Shown here in pieces: positions 24,797-35,223 of a stretch of 64,000 nucleotides of DNA. Position 1 is the stretch's first letter. Each line of letters starts with the position of its first letter. Position numbers and translations under genes: made by a program. The notes under the pieces were generated by a model, which did no database searches, was not told where the DNA came from, and worked only from the letters and a program-made list of their open reading frames with translations. The stretch is taken from the NCBI RefSeq assembly GCF_964355755.1, contig NC_092679.1, forward strand, positions 4,804,201 to 4,868,200, in the 5' to 3' direction. Origin of the DNA: Antedon mediterranea. Its lineage: Eukaryota; Animalia; Echinodermata.

Positions 24797-27700
24797 AATC
24801 AGGCAAAGAACATTAATTATATATATAATACATCTAAATATATTCCCATCAGATTGAATAAAAAGTTATGCCTACTGTAGGCCTATATTTGATTTACATT
24901 AAAACAGTAACATTTATTTGTTTTAAAAATATTATATTAAATGTTATATTTGCAGTATTTTTATTTTATAAACACACCTATTTTAGTGTTAATTATGTTA
25001 ACAAAAACTAGACAATCCTAGGCCTAGCTAGGCTAGAAAGGTATCAAAAGTACAAATTGGCGCCGCTGTTGGATTTCTAGAGTAATGGTATAAAAAAAAA
25101 GACGTTCCAAACGCGAAAGGATTTTTTTTCGTACACGAATTTTTTTGGAAAAAGCACTTTTGAACGACTGTTCAATAGTGCGTGCTATTACACGCCATGT
25201 GACCCACAATCGTCAAATCAAATGACAGGAATTTATTTAGATGTTATATAAATATCAATAATTAATTAATTTTGTATATTTTTATTGAAATGACCAAGAA
25301 CAAATCTAAGTAACAAAATTAAGTGGAGTTTCGATACAAAATATAACAATTATTAAATTAAAATTAAAGTTACAGAACTCAACAACAGAAAACGAACCGA
25401 GTGTGCTACATTTGCCAGTTTGCCATTTTACACATGAACAAAATCCGTAAGTCGATTTTTAAAAGGTTATTTTATTGCATATATTTGGGTTCGATTATTC
25501 GACTTTGTTTTCGGGCAAAAGTATTTTTTTAGCGTCACACGATCCTTTATACTAAAATTTAAAATCATTTCTAAAACAGCCAATCGTATGACTATTTTAC
25601 TATAATTCTTGTAAATTACAATCATTATTTTTAGGACATGGTCTACAGAGGGATGTATAACGGTGTACCAGTACGATTACGTCATCAGTGGTGTGACGTG
25701 TAAATGCAATCATCTGACGTCATTTGTGGTTCTCATGAAACCGAACTATGTGAGATTAAAACTTTACGAAAATCAGCCAAACATTGATTTATGTTGCTAT
25801 ACCACGCAATAATATAATGATACACAACAAAACTATACACTGTGTACCTTTTAGAATAAGTGCAGATATAAAACGAAAAGAGTAATTAAAAATGCAATTA
25901 GAAAAAAAACAGACATATTTTTATTATTTTACGTTTATGATAAATCCGATGTCTTTTGCTAAACTAAATATAATCGTTACTATAGTGATAATAACTGTTA
26001 ATAAACTAAATATAAGTCATTTTGTGTTAAACTAACTGATTTTCACGTATCGCCAAGCTGCAAACACGACGAGAAATAAAAAAAATGTCACTGAGAATAA
26101 TAACATTAATATAAAAGTAATATCTGTTAATTTAGTAACATAATACTTTTTATTACCTACGTTATTATTATTTTGTTAGTGCATTAGTGCCTTATTTATT
26201 TTGCTTTGGTTATTTAGAAAAAATCACAAAATGAGAAGAGTGCAATATCTATGCTTACAAACATCACAATTGGAATTTCCAGTGTTTTTCTCATAATAAC
26301 GCTTATTACGATAATCGGCATAAGGTAAGCTAATTGGTATTTGCGGTGCTGTTGTCGAAAAGTAAAGTCCGGTATCTGTATCTATTACCGCCGACAACAG
26401 GTTTTATTCTAGGTCTAACCATATCGTTTGAAATCGTGTCCGTTTATAATAATAACGTCGCTCTTATGCGGCGCTTATTGAACAAATCCTCTGGATCAAA
26501 CACGTCTGGAAACATACTGCCATGTTGCAGCAAGTACTACGCTCAGGTGTGTTTTGACTTACTGTATACCAGATACCCATTTATACACCATCTATTCTGC
26601 CCGCTTAACAACAGCCCAATCCGCTATTTCATCTTCCTGCTTAATCCCTGATTCTATTGTGTTTTTAAACAATATTTTAGTCTTTTAAATGTTAGTGTTT
26701 TTTTTATCTTTAAAGAGCTTGTAAAGGTTACAAGCAATCTGGTCATTGGCCACAAGTTGTAACGTTGTGCATGCTATACATTTTTTTTAAAATAACAGTA
26801 TAATAATAATAGTGTGAACAATTGTGAATTCAGTCAGTATACTTCGATTCTCATAATCAACTTCTTCATCCACATTGCAACAAGGAATGATATCTTTGTT
26901 TTGATAAACACGTGGCAGACTGGTTCTTAATCTTCTTAATATTGGTTATTTCTAGTTTTAGTTTGTTCAATGCATACACAGTATGTAATATTTTATATTT
27001 CTAATTTCAGAGAACTAAGACATTCAGACAGGTACAGATTGTTACGTCATCTGGTAATCGCTTTACTGTTGGCGCATTTCTTTTTTCCTTTCTTAGATAT
27101 AAATGTAAGTTCTCTTTTCTTTTTTTTTTGGTTGAAGTCTTTTAGAGAAATTACAACTCTCTAATTCTAGTCCACGTGCATGGAAAATGTTGCCCCACTT
27201 TCTCTTTCGCTAATAAATATTACATTTTCTTTTACTTTTTAAGTCAAAAAGTGGAAGAAAACTTGCTTTTGTAAACTAATTTGTGTATAGACACACACAC
27301 AGACATGAAACAATATATAAAAAAATAATTTCGGAAACAGCGTAGGGCTTGGTACCAATCATCCTTGCTGAAATAAATCACAGATACACAATTGTAGTAT
27401 TTTTTTCTAATAGATTCGTAATCAAGTTGCGTGTGCTTTCCTTGCTGGGTTTCTTCACTACAGCTTGATGGTAGCGTTCTTTTGGATGTTGATTATGTCA
27501 ACAGATATATACATAAAGATTAAACACTCATTTATGGATCATGAAAAACGATTTGTTTACTGTCGTTACATCGCTTGGATTGCACCCGGTATTGTTATTC
27601 TCATAACTGCTTGTGCAACAAGAGAAAACTACGCATCTGATGGGTAAATCTTTTTTTAGATTGATCTAAACGTACCGTTATCTAAAGCGTGGTTCCCACT

Positions 27701-29699
27701 AGCGACGCAACGCAAGGACGTAACGCAACGCAAGTGAATTGACCAATCACAAGCGATGGCTTATTCGCTGGTGATTGCTAACTGTCTATAACTTCGCTTG
27801 TCATTGGTTAAAACGCTTGCGTTGCGTTTACGTCCTTGCGTTACATTCTAGTGGGAACCAAGCTTAAGAGAAAAAAATGTAAAATGTACCATTATCAGCA
27901 TTTTGACGCGCGTTTAATTCGTAATGTTACCTACCATGATCCACACCAACAAAAAATAATAAAGGAGAAACATTCATTGACATAAACATGAATCGCATTG
28001 GATTGGCCTGGTTGTAAAACTATTGCATATTGTAATTTATGAATTTTTATTTGAAACCAGTAGTAAATTGTCTTTGAAAATAAACTTTCATTTTTTTAAT
28101 ACGCCTTAGATGTTGGCTGGATACTGATTCGGGTGCAATATGGACTTTCATTTCTTGTGTCTGCATTACTATCACGGTAAATATTGTTCATTATATAAGA
28201 CATTAATACATTCCTGTTATTTGATTGGATGATTGTGGTCACATAGCGTGCAATAGTACACACTATTTAACAATCGTTAAATTTTACTTTCTTGTGTACG
28301 AAAAAAAATCTTTTCTCGTACGAAAAATATATTTTTTTAGATCATTACTTTAGAAATCCAACAGCGCCGCCTATTTTGTACTTTCGCCGGGATGATACAT
28401 AATTAACACTACAGTACAAAAAATATTTATAATTATAATATATTATAAAAAAAAACCCAATATATTTACAACAAAAAAACAAATAAGTGTTACTGTTTCA
28501 ATCTGAATCAAAGTAGGCCTACCCTTTTTTCAATGTGATTCAAATGACAGGAAGCTATTAAGATACAAATAATGTCATGATGAATGATGAAAGGTTAAAT
28601 TTAACCTTTCATCATTCACCTCATGACATTATTTGTACTATTCCACTCATAAACATTCATTATTTGTATAATTTATTACTCAGTATCATAGTGATATAAG
28701 ATGAAGAATTTAAAAATTACATTCACTGGGCAATACTGTTATACATTTTATTTTGTAGACCGTTCTTGTTCAGATGACTGTTGTTGGGGTTTTAATTTAC
28801 AAGAAGGCTAAACTACCAAATCAAAGTAGAGATGAAATTGACACTCTTAAACGACTGAGGTAATTTTAAAAGACACCGAAATTAATAAAATTGATCAATA
28901 TTCAATTGAGCTACGATATTTTCCTTTTGATTTTACTTTTTTGGGACTTGGCCACTTTCAAAACTCAAAGAAATGTATTACCATTTTTAAGACACATCTT
29001 TCTTTTCCAGTCTGTTTTATAAAATATTTGTAAATTGAAAGAAATGTTCTTTTTTATTGTTGTTTTGAAAGAAATAAATGTTAACTTGAATTGAATATAT
29101 GTAGCCTACGTACTTTTGTTGGCGCAGCTTAAGTAATACTGTTTTATTATAAAAATAACAAAATGTCGGGTGGGGTCCAGCATTGATTTGACATTTTCTT
29201 AATGTACAACTATTTTTAATTACCAGAACCATGGTAGGAGGTTTGCTGATTCTTACTCCAGTCGTTGGAATTCCGTGGATGTTTGGTATAATAATCATTT
29301 TTGATGATTCTGAGACAATGCAATACATATTCGTTATTTTGAATAGCATGCAGGGATTCTTCATTTGGTTGACGCAGTGCTTTTTTAGCAATGAGGTAAT
29401 TATAAGCTTAACACAAAAGCGAAAAGAGGAAAACGTGCTTAGTGATGAATACTGGGGGAAAATATTTACGTTCCTAATATAGTAATAGTACATCTATTGC
29501 GACTTTAATACCTATAGCCAAAATAAAGAAACCTTTAAAGTACATAACCAAAATATGTATTTCAATTATATTGCAGGTAAGAAGTGCAGTGAAGAAGAAA
29601 TTGAGCAACAGAATAGGACCTGTCTTTGATAACACCAGTGCTAATACTATTAACACACGTTCAACGTCCATCGAAATGGAAGGAGAACGAGTCATTTAA
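8850..29699 (+). CDS. LDLa-repeat adhesion GPCR, gene A (rearranged 5' end; functional status uncertain)
   Basis: Signal exon 8850-8901 ([17 protein letters not shown]). LDLa exons 9017-9130, 9365-9484, 11034-11147, 13552-13665, 13886-14005, 21306-21422. GAIN-region exons 22435-22524, 22775-22838, 22966-23074, 25370-25446. GPS exon 25635-25749 ([21 protein letters not shown]). 7TM exons 26218-26324, 27011-27104, 27414-27643, 28110-28176, 28759-28859, 29227-29395. Last exon 29577-29699. The 3' half is open and phase-consistent; which 5' exons are used is inferred. Confidence 0.7.
9866..10320 (-). mobile_element. LINE 3' fragment (CR1/L2/Crack group), truncated by a duplication junction
   Basis: Near-identical to ~14370-14822; corresponds to the end of the RT ORF and the 3' UTR. 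Confidence 0.75.
11843..12995 (-). mobile_element. Decayed LINE reverse-transcriptase fragment
   Basis: [27 protein letters not shown] and LFADD motifs with frameshifts (ORFs 12553-13125 and 12049-12315). Confidence 0.9.
14370..16600 (-). mobile_element. Decayed LINE RT fragment (duplicate of 11843-12995) carrying a nested second LINE
   Basis: Same [13 protein letters not shown] sequence; interrupted at ~15270-16085. Confidence 0.88.
15270..16085 (-). mobile_element. Nested 3' fragment of a different LINE family
   Basis: 168-aa ORF 15464-15970 ([28 protein letters not shown] thumb/C-terminus) and a (GAT)n tail; absent from the 12.4-kb copy of the host LINE. Confidence 0.85.
17370..20327 (-). 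CDS. LINE ORF2: APE endonuclease plus reverse transcriptase (985 aa, uninterrupted)
   Basis: ISLNET, YRPP, GDVN, LIDH and SDH (APE); [30 protein letters not shown] and YADD (RT). The true start codon is uncertain. Confidence 0.95.
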   Translation of the reverse strand: MKIKDIYSNNILNETLNLPLLFETNNSIQDVTGTTDVFTEDCSIFQKHGLSILSLNIVSLIGNFDNFKHIIENNEIDVISLNETRLDYTISNNDVRINGYDLYRKDRNREGGGVAVYLNRNGKTTHKLRPDLMNEHLEMSIIEIKQLNSKPFLLLSWYRPPNSDMQIFERIEKVLENVESTNLEYMIIGDVNCDTHSKNLSCYTKKLIDIAKNFHLTQLITEPTRITENSSTLIDHIYTTVPNSISKSGVLHTGISDHSAIYVIVGKQEKCKAHKHKYKTSRNYKHFNENEFKRDIEKINWQEIQHYNDIDDATYFFESNFLKIANDYAPLKKKRVRNKTSPWLTDDLVRSMRERDVLKKKASKTNTPEMWAQYKLSKNKVNAEIKKCKKEYFSKQLDTKDSKKIWETLRYIVPAKSINTEISNLKTNDNKLTADSSKIANNLNKYFSKIGPDLAKNIPPEIPRLLIVNNTNQSRDLLKFSFVNQEYIYKQLNALDVSKATGLDELPAKMLKLVIDQIVGPLTYLVNLSLSTSTFPKRWKCAKICPVFKGGDRTEASNYRPISILPILSKIIERVVFDQVYQFINSKNMIYAYQSGFRPNFSTVSSLLNITEDWINDIDCGKYIGLVMLDLKKAFDTVDHTILIDKLKSFNLDVSIINWFKDYLCDRTHLTQVNGVRSDKCYSNCGIPQGSILGPLLFILYVNDLPKHVNSVQISMYADDTALYFASSDINEVLAKINEDLKKIKSWLASNKLSLNVNKTQCMFIGTQQRLAKLANIDLNLNIDNIRLQRVKSCKHLGVVIDEYLLWDKQIDNVKSKVLPGLYYLKKSSNLVPKHVSCLMYNSIISPQFNYCNIVWGRSNKKNTNKLQMLQNRAAKIITKTRKYDSSTQALQNLNWINLNTQLHNNEAKMLYKIFHNQAPPYLNELFTPKLDTYNTRSKDVLKLNKPKTEYKKKSFSYHGASLWNTLKKPMQNATNLNTFNKLLV
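20352..20760 (-). CDS. LINE ORF1 C-terminal remnant with two CCHC zinc knuckles
   Basis: [14 protein letters not shown] and [14 protein letters not shown], preceded by esterase-like HGLHLNERG; truncated at the 5' end. Confidence 0.8.
21049..21163. mobile_element. ~115-bp insertion disrupting the unit-4 signal exon
   Basis: Absent from units 1 and 2; starts with (TTC)n; introduces an in-frame TAG after the ATG at 21024. Confidence 0.75.
22142..22356 (+). pseudogene. Inactivated Ser/Thr stalk exon of gene A
   Basis: Homologous to 40943-41191 but has a 1-nt frameshift (AAT TTT TGA) and its donor reads CTAAGT instead of GTAAGT. Confidence 0.75.
23711..23745 (+). ncRNA. Minimal type I hammerhead ribozyme motif (Penelope-like)
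   Basis: CTGATGA-T-GGGC(tat)GCCC-GAAA-CATG-TC: both core boxes, 4-bp helix II, palindromic helix III ACATGT, GUC cleavage triplet; helix I is weak. Confidence 0.7.
23860..24750. repeat. 367-bp direct duplication plus inverted copy containing a tRNA-Pro-like head
   Basis: tRNA-like sequence on the minus strand at 23979-24050 and 24346-24417, and a partial plus-strand copy at 24523-24588; bounded by (TA)n tracts. Confidence 0.85.
27686..27864. mobile_element. 179-bp PIF/Harbinger-type MITE
   Basis: TIR AGCGTGGTTCCCACTAG / CTAGTGGGAACCAAGCT with TAA duplication; absent from the same intron of gene B. Confidence 0.9.
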
Positions 29700-30235
29700 A
29701 TTTAGGGTTTAACATGTAGATCTAATTAATGTTGTATTTTACGTCACAAGCACATTTTAAATATTATTAAAACTTGGCGGACAGGATTATCTAGACCAGC
29801 CACAGTAAAGGAACTAATTCGCACTGTTCAATTTATAGAGATAAACTTATTATTATGTACAGTTAGAAGAAGTAAATTTAGCCCATCATGAAGGTAAACA
29901 TGTCCTGAATACGACAAATTCACTCGATAATTTACTATACTAATAGTAATACTATTCATAATAGAAATTGAAGCTATATATTGTTTGAAGGTTTGCATGG
30001 CGATATCAAATGTTGATATAAAGTTAGCGGTACACCAAGTTTAATTTAATTTAATAATCTAAATTGCAATCATATTGATATTTTTAATGATTCACTTCTT
30101 GAACAGCCTGCATAACCTGTTCTAATTTCCAATTGAAATTGTTTATGGCATGCTGATCTATATTTATATATATATATATATATGATCTATGTTTATATGA
30201 TATATAAAAATGACGTTATCCAAATTCCTTCACTT

Positions 30236-30272
30236 GTACTGATGAAGGGCTAGTGTTGCCCGAAAGCTCTGC
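30236..30272 (+). ncRNA. Minimal type I hammerhead ribozyme motif (Penelope-like)
   Basis: GTA-CTGATGA-A-GGGC(tagtgtt)GCCC-GAAA-GCTC-TGC: core boxes, helix II, palindromic AGCT helix III, 3-bp helix I. Confidence 0.72.
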
Positions 30273-30375
30273 TAACTTTTCTGGCTGTTTACTTTATCGT
30301 TTTGATTTAGCTTTTCGCTTTTTATTTTTGTATCTCCATTGAGATCTAGCCACTGATACCCACAGCATTGTCGTT

Positions 30376-31215
30376 TTTAGTCGCGTGGAAGCGACTCTAT
30401 AGTTCACTATGTCGGTCGGTTGGTCGGTCTGTCTGTCTGTCGGTCTGTCTGTCGGTCTGTCTGTCTGTCTGTCTGTCTGTCGGTCCGGTATCACTATGCG
30501 TTTTATCGCTTTCTGACCTTATCTTGATATCAGTTTAATCTAGCTAGGTCAATTTTTCACAGTATATTCCTTATGGCCAGGAATCAATGTGGTTATGTTT
30601 TCATGGTGCGCAATAAAAAATTACGCGGTCTACGCACGATTTAACGAAATCACGTTTGTAATCATATCTTCACAACCATGAATCACAATTAAATAAAATT
30701 TGGTACTCATAAATTTCAGGGCATAAATCATCATAATGGCAATACAATTACGTGCGTAGCGCATGTAACGCATGCGTACGCGCGCTTAAAATTTTCAAAA
30801 TTTATTTTCAATGAAATAAGAGTACATTTCAGGCAATTTTAAGCGTTTACAAAATTGCCATGAGTGCGCATATTTGTGCGCGCGCACTGCGCGTTAAATG
30901 TTATTGCGCACTCTTTTTGCCCGATTTCTGTTTTCTTGACTTACTTTTCAACTCGAAATTACGTTATACGAGCACGTCGAAAGTGACAGGCTACGCACGT
31001 GTAAATTAAAAAAATATAAATGTTTTTAAACATTTCAACATTTTTAAACATGTTCAGTAATTTCGGTCAGTATAGTTCACTATGTCGGTCGGTCGGTCTG
31101 TCTGTCTGTCTGTCTGTCGGTCTGTCTGTCGGTCTGTCTGTCGGTCTGTCGGTCTGTCTGTCGGTCCGGTATCACTATGCATTGTAGCACGCGACTTAAT
31201 GGCTGTTGGCCTTGT
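30376..31215 (+). mobile_element. Helentron-associated (HINE/DINE-1-like) non-autonomous element
   Basis: Subterminal inverted repeats AGTCGCGTG / CACGCGACT, two (GTCY)n tracts, short 3' hairpin, T-rich flanks. Confidence 0.75.
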
Positions 31216-32273
31216 TTTCAGTAATTTGCCTTTGGATTTATATATATATAAATATATATATTTGTATTTATTGTTAACCGTTTTTGATGTTGTATTGTTT
31301 TATTGTTTTAATAACTATTGAGTAAACCAAACGAAAACAAGACACTATCGAAAGATCTATAAGGAATTCATGAAGGTCATATCACAAACATTGTTTATTT
31401 CAAATGATAATAATGATGATATTTTCTTCTTTTTTTTATTTTGTCTTATATATTATATAATAAAGAAATACAATTCCTGGTTTTTTCAACGTCCGCAAAC
31501 GAGTAATTTTTAAAAGGAATAATGCTTATTCATTCATTCAATCTTTTATTTCGGAAACTCTGGTCCATAGAAAGTAAATTACATATAAATGAAATAAATA
31601 AAATAAACAAAATTACTACTACTCATCTCAGGATGGCATTCCATCTGGAGAGCATCTTCGACTTAACTAAGATATTGCTTATGATTGAATATGATTATTT
31701 CTATTTATCTAAGGAATCTTATGTTGAATGTATGAACTGAACTCAGCAATGGCAAAAAAATATAAGACCATGGGTTCCCGGTTGATTTTTAGAACGCTGT
31801 TTGCTTACAGTTAGGCCTTTCTTTGTGAAATATCATTCATATGTCAAAAGTAAAGCTGTGTTCATCCTTCAATATGTGGGAAACTAGGTGTTCGCAATTT
31901 AGATATACATCAATTAATACAGTTCAATAGAATAAGTCAATATTAAATATTTTCAATGAATATTATTTTATTTCAATTGCTGTTATTTTTTGTGTTTTCA
32001 ATGGGTTTCCATTTTTGGCAATATAGGCCTTATATTTCATTTCCAAAAACAATAAAACTATCCTATGTTGTAACCAACTCCCCTTGTCCGATTATTCATT
32101 TGATAACAATTAAGGTACATAATTTATATCTGACTATTAAAAAAATTAGAACTGACTTTTTGTTAATATTATTTTGCTTCTATTTGAGTAAAGGCTGCGT
32201 TATATCACTTGTTATGTGACATTAAAATGGCATATTAAAACATACATCTTTAACATTGCTTTTGTGTAATTAG

Positions 32274-32386
32274 GTAACGAATGTAACCCCGGAAAATGTC
32301 AGTGTCGTTTTGGAAACTGCATAGCCAAAGGTTTATATGTGATATTGTCGAGGATTGCGGTGATGGCAGCGATGAAATTAATTGCT
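32274..32386 (+). pseudogene. Orphan frameshifted LDLa exon, relic of a further paralogue 5' end
   Basis: Homologous to LDLa exon 1 ([26 protein letters not shown]) with -1 and +1 indels; preceded by promoter-homologous DNA (~32040-32220); no signal exon found. Confidence 0.75.
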
Positions 32387-32619
32387 GTAAGCATTTTAAC
32401 ACACTACCCTCGGTTACATTATCATATAACTAGTGCCAGGGTTGTAACTCACTACAGTTTCAATTAAACTCCCTAAGCCGTAAAGGAGACTTTAATAGTT
32501 TATAAGCATGATAAATAAATTAGTAAATAGTTTATCCATCCTGTTGAAATAAAATTGAAAATAAAATTTATATAAATAAGCATTCGTATGGTAAATAAAT
32601 TTATACGTCCAGATGATAG

Positions 32620-34730
32620 TTTTCAGACAAATATCTATACTTATATGACTATATCAAGGTCAAAGGTCATCCCAGTATGCCATCTAAAATATACTAATAA
32701 TATCTTAAATATAATAGGTATTTAAAAAAAGAATGTACAAGTACATGACCCTTAAGATTCCGAATAGCACATTTAATTTTTCATCTTACCCTGGGGTCAC
32801 TGGGTCACAATATAAAAACATTCAAATAAATGTGCATAAGTATTATTACTAAAAACATAGCATATACAGTATATATAGACATTGCATCAGATTGATGTCT
32901 GCACACTGCGCCACACACCTTTCCACCCTGAGATTACTAGGTCACTGATCATACCTTAAACATTTTGAACAAATTGAATATGGATCATCAGTAGGTCACT
33001 TTACACCCTACCGTATAGCTTATAGCTTATTTATTAATAAAAAAAAACCCCTCCATTTTTACCCCTGTTACAAACGCTCAGTAAGTACCCTTACATTTCT
33101 GAAATATTGGTCACAAACATTTCTAAATAATTCTTGGGTGTGAATCTATTCAATGGGCTTAATTGTAAGATGTTTTTGCCATACACTGGACCAGTTCTCG
33201 CAAAGTATACTTAGTAAATATCATAATGACAGGTCCAGTTCCTCTCCCTTACTTACTGTATATTTAGTTCACATGGTCTCTGTATTCTTAATACAAATAA
33301 TATGTAATCTTTCATTTACATAGGGTATCTATTTGAAATGTCTTATACTTGCATCAAATCCATCTTCCATCAATTTGGTTTGACCTTTTTTTTGTTAGGC
33401 CATGATGGTAATTAGATCACTTTGCAAATGTAATTCTTTATTTACCAATCAAGACATTTGCTGTGTAATATTACTTTTTCCCAAATTTTTTTTAAACATT
33501 TCACAATGTATAGTTTGACTGTTTAACACTTAGTTACTGTGTCATTTTTACAGTTACAAATTTGTTTTGAAGGGGTTAAAGAAATTTTTCACACTTTCAG
33601 ATAATTTTAGTTTAAATACTTCAAACAACCAGCCAGGATTTATTGCTTTTTTGTTTGGCATTTAGCCAAAAAAACCCCAAATATAATAAAATGTAATTAT
33701 TTAAAATTAAATGACCTTTTCTAATAATTTAGAGTTTTTCTAAATAGATATGATATGTTCATCAGGTACATCATCCAAATTCAAATGAATTCACTTCATA
33801 TTAGAATATTTAATATGGTAAGGTAATGACATTTTATCTTGACCCTAATAAAATCTTTAAGGGCATATCTATATTTGTATTAAATACATTCTTTTCAAAA
33901 TACCTGATGTTTTGAGAGATAATTAGCATATTTTATATGGCATAACTAGATGACATTTGACCTTCAACTCAATTGCATTATTCTGAATCTTTAGGGTCAT
34001 ATTTATATTAAATACTTCCTTATTAAAAATACCTGATGTTTTGAGATATAATTAAACATTATCATAAGTTATAGGTGTTAATAGATGACATTTAACCTTG
34101 ACCCTAAATCAACTCAATTGCATTATTCTGAATCGTTAGGGTCATGCTTATATTTGTAATTTATAGTTTTACAATATCCTTATTCAAAATACCTAATGGA
34201 TTAAGAGATAATTAGCATATTTAGAGGCCGTACTAGAATGAACTTTGACCTTGACTCTAAAGAAAATCAAAAGCATTATTCTGAATCTTTGGGGTCACGT
34301 TTATATTTGTACTTATACATTCTTATTCAAAATAACTAATGGATTAATTAGCATATTTAGAGGCCGTACTAGAATGAACTTTGACCTTGACCTTAAAGAA
34401 AAATCAAAAACATTAATCTAAATCTTTGGGGGTCACGTTTATATTTGTACTTTGACATTCTTATTCAAAATAACTAATGGATTAACAGATAATTAGCATA
34501 TCTTAGATGCCATACTGGAATGACTTTTGACCTTGGCCCCAAAGACAAATCAAATACATTAATCTGAATATTTAGGGTCATATTTATATCTGTGTTTAAT
34601 ACATTCTTATACCAAATTCCTTATGGTTTAAGAGATAATTGGGGTCAAAGTTGTAAATTGGCAGCGATTTTGATTTTATGCAAATTAGGTCATTTAAAAT
34701 GGGCAGATCAGGGTAGATTTTGGATATAGT
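32620..34730. mobile_element. Degenerate DNA-transposon/foldback relic with ~120-bp tandem units; related shorter copy at ~53573-54268
   Basis: TGACCTTGACC-containing tandem units at ~33830-34600 with an inverted unit at ~32660-32760; blocks shared with the region upstream of gene C, where terminal inverted repeats are visible. Confidence 0.55.
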
Positions 34731-35223
34731 AATATATGTATATAATTGAGCATGTTTCTGCAAAAAAACTAACTTTTGCAATTTGTTTGACTCTAAATGT
34801 AGTATTTAAAAAATAATAACCAGATAATGGCCTTCTAAATACATAGTAAATTTACATTTGAATGGCAGATTGTCTTATCTTGTACTCTCGTTTGTCAGTG
34901 TAAATTGTGCTTTCAATGAGTTTCTTATTCTAAACAATAAAACTATCCTAAACCCCTTTTCCGACTATTCATTTGATAACCATTAGGGGACATAATGTGT
35001 GTGATATATAGTCATCCATTACCAACATAAAAATTGACTTATTGTCGACGGCTGCATTATAAAACATCAGTGTGTACTTAGAGAGTAGCTAGGCGTAAAC
35101 AAATGGAGTGGGGTTTTGGCAATTTAGTGATGGTTATTTTGTTTTTTATTACTCCTATGTAGTAAACCCAGGTGTAGGCATACGGATGCTGGTAGATTTA
35201 TTTTGTACACGTGTGACGTCATA

